Assembly: GCA_964016885.1 (NCBI GenBank)
Contig: OZ024755.1
Span: 24,180,001-24,244,000 of the forward strand
Direction of reading: 5' to 3'
Length of the DNA stretch: 64,000 bases
From: Eledone cirrhosa
Taxonomy: Eukaryota
Both the position numbers and the translations under genes were made by a program. How positions within the stretch are numbered: position 1 is the stretch's first letter; each line of letters starts with the position of its first letter. Below the pieces are notes generated by a model. The model worked only from the letters and a program-made list of their open reading frames with translations, was not told the DNA's origin and made no database searches. Below, in pieces: positions 53,567 to 64,000 of the stretch.

Positions 53567-54796
53567 AATAATTGTTTCTACTTTTGGCACAAGGCCAGCA
53601 ATTACCCAGTACATTACCCTCTACCGATACTGCCAATCTACCTAATCCTTATTTACATAGGCTCTTTAAGTAGTATATATATATGTGTGTGTAGTAGTAG
53701 TAGTAGTAGTAAAAGGATGGAGGAAAATTCAGCTAAAGGTAAGCTCCGATTGAACAAACGTATGATCAAAGGTGTCCTAGCCGCGAGGACAAGCATATTC
53801 CAATTATCGATAAAATGGTTCAATCTGCTACAAGCAATCGAATCTCACGAGTATTGATTCATGTTTCAACATCATACGAAACGATTTCATCGAAAGCTCT
53901 ACAGACAGGATGTTGATGACATGGATTGAATTGTGTGTGTGAGTATGTGTATGTATGTGTGTATATATATATGGTTTTTAATATATCCTACACGCGTAAA
54001 AATAAGAAGTTGAAAATGCAATTGGAGGTATATTTACAAAAAAAAGGTATATTTAGAAAAGGTAAATTTACAAAAAAATGTATATTTACAATAATTTATA
54101 ACTTGTCTTTCTCACTCTGGAAGAAATTGGCTGGTTTCGACCTGGAAACGTACGGACTCTGCCAGGCGAAAATTGCTCAAGACAAGCCATGTTTGAGGAT
54201 GGGCTCCCCTTTACTACATATTATATGAAACCTCGTACACGTCTTTCGTATACTAACTGAAAGCGACATTGGAGAATACACATAGCTCAACATTAAATCA
54301 CCTAACATCTTTTCAGACAGTAGAATATAACAATAAAAGAAACGATAAACAGAATGAAAGATTTATAAATAAATATAACATCATTTAATACGGAGACATA
54401 TCTAGAAAAGAATGAATGAAATGGAGGCGAGAATTCAAATATCTCTTAGAATTCACAAAACTGGGTAGAGATGTGCGTGTCCTGGGCTGATATTATAAAT
54501 GGTGGACAGATAGACAAACGGCGCGATCAACAGACGAATTGGATATTGAATTACACACACACACACATAATTATATATATATATAATATCTGCATTTGTG
54601 AAGTTATGTTGCACAGAAATGAATTCGTCCAGGAGTGAGATTTTTACTTTTATCTCTACAAAAACACAGCCTCCGTACCTGCTATTAACTAAAATGTGTG
54701 CAGCCTGAACAGCTAGTTGCAGTTGCATTACTGCAATTTGGCAGATTCATTGAGTGAGCTAGACGTCTGTTAACATAATATCAACGATCTTCGTTA

Positions 54797-54869
<73 letters not shown>

Positions 54870-54871
<2 letters not shown>

Positions 54872-55282
54872 AAGGTTAAACAAGGTTCAATGAATAAATC
54901 AAAGAATGAGTTTTGCAATAGATTGGAAGCACTCAACAAATTTGGTTTTCCGGAGTTATTAATATTAATTCAAAATATTAACAAAAATAGACATTCGTGT
55001 GATCAAGTATATTTTATTATACATATTTCAGAGGTACTGAGCTATCTTCAACAGTACGTCCTCATCAGATAGAATAAGATGATGCATGACATACCCTGAC
55101 ATAGTAGATGGTTAAGATACTACCATGATTGAATCTTAACCATCTACTATGTCAGGGTATGTCATGCATCATCTTATTCTATCTGATGAGGACGTACTGT
55201 TGAAGATAGCTCAGTACCTCTGAAATATGTATAATAAAATATACTTGATCACACGAATGTCTATTTTTGTTAATATTTTGAA

Positions 55283-55289
<7 letters not shown>
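54870..55289 (-). mobile_element. Penelope-derived fold-back: perfect 157-bp arms with hammerhead, plus tail
   Basis: Arms 54962-55118 and 55133-55289. The tail 54870-54961 has GAGTGCTTC on the minus strand. Long (TA)n on both sides. Confidence 0.85.
55175..55241 (+). ncRNA. Hammerhead ribozyme (identical mirror copy on minus strand at 55010-55076)
   Basis: TATTCTAT-CTGATGA-GGAcGTACTG..CAGTACcTCT-GAAA-TATGTA-TA-ATAAAATA; AUA triplet. Confidence 0.75.
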
Positions 55290-55337
<48 letters not shown>

Positions 55338-55519
55338 AAAGTAGCGAAACAAACGGTTATTAAACAATTTTCTAAATAAATTAAAAAAATGATTAAATAA
55401 TCACCCTCGAATTAGTGCCATTGAACCACATGTATTATAAACAACTTGAATATTTCTACAAGTACATTGTACCTGTTGAAGTATCCATCCACTTCTATAG
55501 ATATATATATATATATATT

Positions 55520-56337
55520 AATTTTTCAATCACATATATATTTTTTATTTGTTTGACCCGAATTACTTGATCGTTTTTTTGGCTATGCGGATGATTGTTT
55601 AACCATCGTCTTAGTGTGTTTGGACTTTAACGTTTGTTATAGCTCTGGTTCATCTGAATCATTGAGCACTTGCCGCACATCTCGGAGGTTGTTTTTCGTT
55701 ATTTCGTGGGCCGAAATGCGATTCTCGATAATTTATATTTGTATTAATCTCCAGACTCTAGCTATTGACCAGTTAATTTTCTTGATTTTTTAGTTTATTC
55801 TATTGAGTGACGAATAGCTTATGTTAATTTTAACCCTTCTGTTGAGAACTCTGTTTCATTTTGTGATGTTTTGCATTCTTGCAATAATATACACAACTGA
55901 ATTCATTCGCCTGATATAGGGGTTGCCTCCCTTGCCGATCCCCACGTGGGGGTCAGCAATAGTCAGTCCTTGTATTAGCATTGAACTAAAACCTGTTGAG
56001 AAATAGGCTTCCTTGTTCAATCATCTTACCAGAAGCCTAACATTATTTATGTAAGCGGACAGTACTTGATTTAGGAGTCGCAGAAACCCAAATGCTGGAT
56101 TTTACCAACCTTCCAGGGGTCCGGGTAAATTTTCAATCACATATATATTTCTTATTTGTTTGACCCGAATTACTTGATCGTTTTTTTGGCTGTGCAGATG
56201 ATTGTTTAACCATCGTCTCAGTGTGTTTGGCCTTTAACGTTTGTTATAGCTCTGGTTCATCTGAATCATTGACCACTTGCCAAACATCTCGGATGTTGTT
56301 TTTCGTTATTTCGTGGGCCGAAATGCGATTCTCGATA

Positions 56338-56345
<8 letters not shown>
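55520..56345. repeat. ~215-bp direct repeats (55520-55738 and 56129-56345) around a ~390-bp core, embedded in (TA)n
   Basis: TTTTCAATCACATATATA...GCGATTCTCGATAATTTAT present twice with scattered mismatches. Confidence 0.9.
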
Positions 56346-56400
<55 letters not shown>

Positions 56401-57145
56401 GTGTATTCGAAAGTAAGGTTTTTTTTAAAGATATCCCCCAAGGGTAAAAACATAGTAAAATGAAGTTGAAAATGCAATTGGTGTCTTTAAGAAGGTCTAT
56501 TTGTAATAACGTATAACTTCACAGATTTCACAAGTTTCATGATTTTCAAAAGTTAAGAGAGCTGGAGAAATATGTGGCTATGTCGACTAGTAACTCGCAT
56601 CTAACTGATGTTGAAATTTCTTTCAGTTTTATGCAAAAATGGTTCAAATTGATATGTTTAGAGTACTTTAAGATGGAAAACAGCAATTTAAGACTCCTTA
56701 CTTTTCCCCTCCCTTTCTCCCATTTATGACATCTATAATCTTTTCCTTTACTTTCCCATACAGCCAAATCTGCCTTCCTTTACCCGTTCCCCCTTTTCTC
56801 ATTACTTAATTTTGTTTTCATCTTTCTTTTTCAGATTTATTTAATCATCAATGGTTGTAAGCCAACTTTGTGAATAGAACATGTATTGAGAATAAACAAT
56901 TATGTCCCTATAAACAAAAAAAAAGAATTCGAAATACATATTAATCACTTGTATGTTATTGTGTTATCGATTATTAATCTCCCAAGAGTTTGCATCCTGT
57001 TTATTATGTTTGTATTTTTGTTGTTTTTATTTTTCTAAAATCTACCAGTTATTGAAACTGAACTGTTCAATCACTACAAGCATCTCAATTCTTTCATTGA
57101 TTAGCTACTTGATGCTAAGTCCATAGACGAGTATAATGTTTAGTG

Positions 57146-57176
<31 letters not shown>

Positions 57177-57617
57177 AAAATACTGCAGGTAGCACATGGA
57201 TAACATGTAATAAAATAAGACCCTCATCAGTGATTTGCCGAAGATCATAGATATTTCATTGCATTAAAAATCATATATCTCACTTCGGTGCAATAATAAC
57301 CAATATATATATATATACATAGATAGATGTGTGTGTGTTTATATATATGTATATATATAATAAATAAATATACAGTATATCTATTCACATATGTATATAT
57401 TTATTATATATACATATATATATATATAAATACATAATCGGAGAAAGCTAAAAGCGATAATCCGGCCAAATTCCAGCTCACTCAACAAAACATTAGGAAA
57501 TACCCGAGTTATTCATAATTAAACGTTCGGGGTGCTAACTAATTGTATTGTGTGGAAAATTGGCTGTATCATTTCATATGAGATATATCAAATATAATAT
57601 ATATATATATATGTGTG

Positions 57618-57745
57618 TCTGATGGTAGCTAAGAAGCTTCCATGGGCGGTATGCCGGTTGAGCACTCTATGTTCTTACAGAGCAGAGTGTGATATAATAT
57701 AAACGAAAAATCAGTGATGCATCACTGATTCGTTTTATATTATAT
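57618..57745 (-). mobile_element. Short Penelope-type tail with terminal fold-back; same family as 6800-6906
   Basis: Reverse complement CATAGAGTGCTCAACCGGCATACCGCCCATGGAAGC. Perfect palindrome AATCAGTGATGCATCACTGATT at 57709-57730. Confidence 0.8.
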
Positions 57746-58099
57746 ATATATATATATATATTTACATACGTATATATTTACTATATATATACATATGTTT
57801 ACATACGTATATATTTAATATATACATATATATTTACATATGTATATTACTATATATACATACATATATTTACATACGTATACATTTACTATATATATAC
57901 ATACATATATTTACATACGTATATATTTACTATATATATATATAATATAAAATGAAAAATCATTCCTTGTATTTTGATCATGCTTTATTTTTATTTTTTA
58001 TCTTTATTTGTTTTTTTTTCATTCGCACCGTTTCCTTTCGCTATATGTCTCTCCACCACTCCCCTACACACCTTTTGAACTCTGTTCCCACACACTTCT

Positions 58100-58133
58100 C
58101 ACCTGAGGAAGGGCTTATGCCCGAAACGTCGTC
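58100..58133 (+). ncRNA. Minimal hammerhead motif in a Penelope-like pseudo-LTR (~57950-58228)
   Basis: AC-CTGAGGA-A-GGGC ttat GCCC-GAAA-CGTC-GT. Stem I very short; AATAAA downstream; TA-rich repeats on both sides. Confidence 0.65.
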
Positions 58134-58557
58134 CCCCACCTACCCCCCACTCTCCTGAGCGTGAAATTAATAAACATTTATTGTACTGCCTCTCTGTTTT
58201 GTCCCTGTTCAAATTTTTTCATTAAACTATATATATACATACATATATTTACATACGTATATATTAACTATATATACATATATTTACATACGTATACATT
58301 TACTATATATACATATATTTACATACGTATATATTTACTATGTATACATACATATATTTACATACGTACACATTTACTATATATACATACATACATACAT
58401 ACATATATATTTACTATATATACATACATACATACATATATTTACTATATATACATACATATATTTACTATATATACATACATATATATATATTTACTAT
58501 ATATACATACATATATATATATTTACTATATATACATATATGTATATTTACTATATA

Positions 58558-59138
58558 TGGTGGCTGCCAACTCGTTTTCGAGTACGGCCACTACTTTATA
58601 TCCATGTAGGAGAACCCCCACGGATGCGCTGAACGAGTGTGACTTTTTAGTCCAGCCAGCGATTTGAAAACTCTGGTACAAACACTACACTTGTGACAAT
58701 TATTGACACATAGTGCTAGGCCCATGGTACCATGTGATGACAAGTGCAGAGAGATCTCCAGATATAAAGCAATGCCTGTGCCGTGAAGCTTTTATAGTGA
58801 GCAAAGGCACTGCACAAAGCCAGCCCCACTCTCTTAACCAAGATGATATTTACCAAAAAGAAGAACAAGTCAACATCATTGGAAACCATCAGAGTTGCAG
58901 GTGTTATATCAGACAAAGGCTAAGGGGTCATCTCTCCGGGTGATTTTGGATGGCCATTGACTCTTAAGAGCTCCTTTGCCCTTTGACAGGTTTTGTTTTT
59001 AGTCCTGCAGGATGTCCAAAGTCACCCTCCTCACCAAGAAACCTTGGTGGGGTTGCCAGTTTAGTCGCCAACGACCCGACCATGAAACAGGTTGTACTGG
59101 GGTACATGTTACCAGTAACACCAACTGGTGACCTGACA
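58558..59138 (-). mobile_element. Non-autonomous bipartite RTE derivative (5'UTR-like part plus 3' end with C2H2 finger)
   Basis: Minus strand encodes [22 protein letters not shown], then the hairpin CTCG-AAAA-CGAG and GCAGCCACCA before (TA)n. No RT or endonuclease between the two parts. Confidence 0.6.

Positions 59139-64000
<4,862 letters not shown>

Noticed and set aside
57222-57232. CTGATGAG on the minus strand
   Set aside because: No GAAA box or stems downstream, and the homologous copy near 50800 lacks it.

Overview
AT-rich eukaryotic non-coding DNA with no recognisable intact host gene. The repeat spectrum suggests a coleoid cephalopod, probably Octopus; this is inference. It includes (TA)n tracts up to about 5 kb, RTE LINEs with (GAT)n tails, tRNA-headed SINEs and Penelope-like elements. 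The window is a mosaic of decayed or nested mobile elements: a Penelope-like (Naiad-type) RT/GIY-YIG element, RTE, R4/Dong and CRE LINE fragments, at least four SINE families, an internally deleted hAT transposon inserted into an RTE copy with an 8-bp TSD, and piggyBac-, hAT- and Tc1/pogo-type MITEs. All long YIYI/CVCV/SLSL ORFs are microsatellite artefacts. The most striking signal is a set of at least six sequence-distinct minimal hammerhead ribozyme (HHR) motifs. Three sit inside long fold-back palindromes (85- and 157-bp perfect arms; about 140-bp imperfect arms) next to (TA)n tracts. Several share a GAGTGCTC-like tail motif with the coding Penelope-like copy. Other points of note are modular SINE/LINE tail sharing, a 49-bp satellite growing out of an RTE 3'UTR, a bipartite RTE derivative with a 44-aa C2H2 finger ORF, and an apparent CpG-poor to CpG-richer transition near 48-50 kb. 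Coordinates of diverged repeats are approximate, and family assignments come from motif recall, not database searches.
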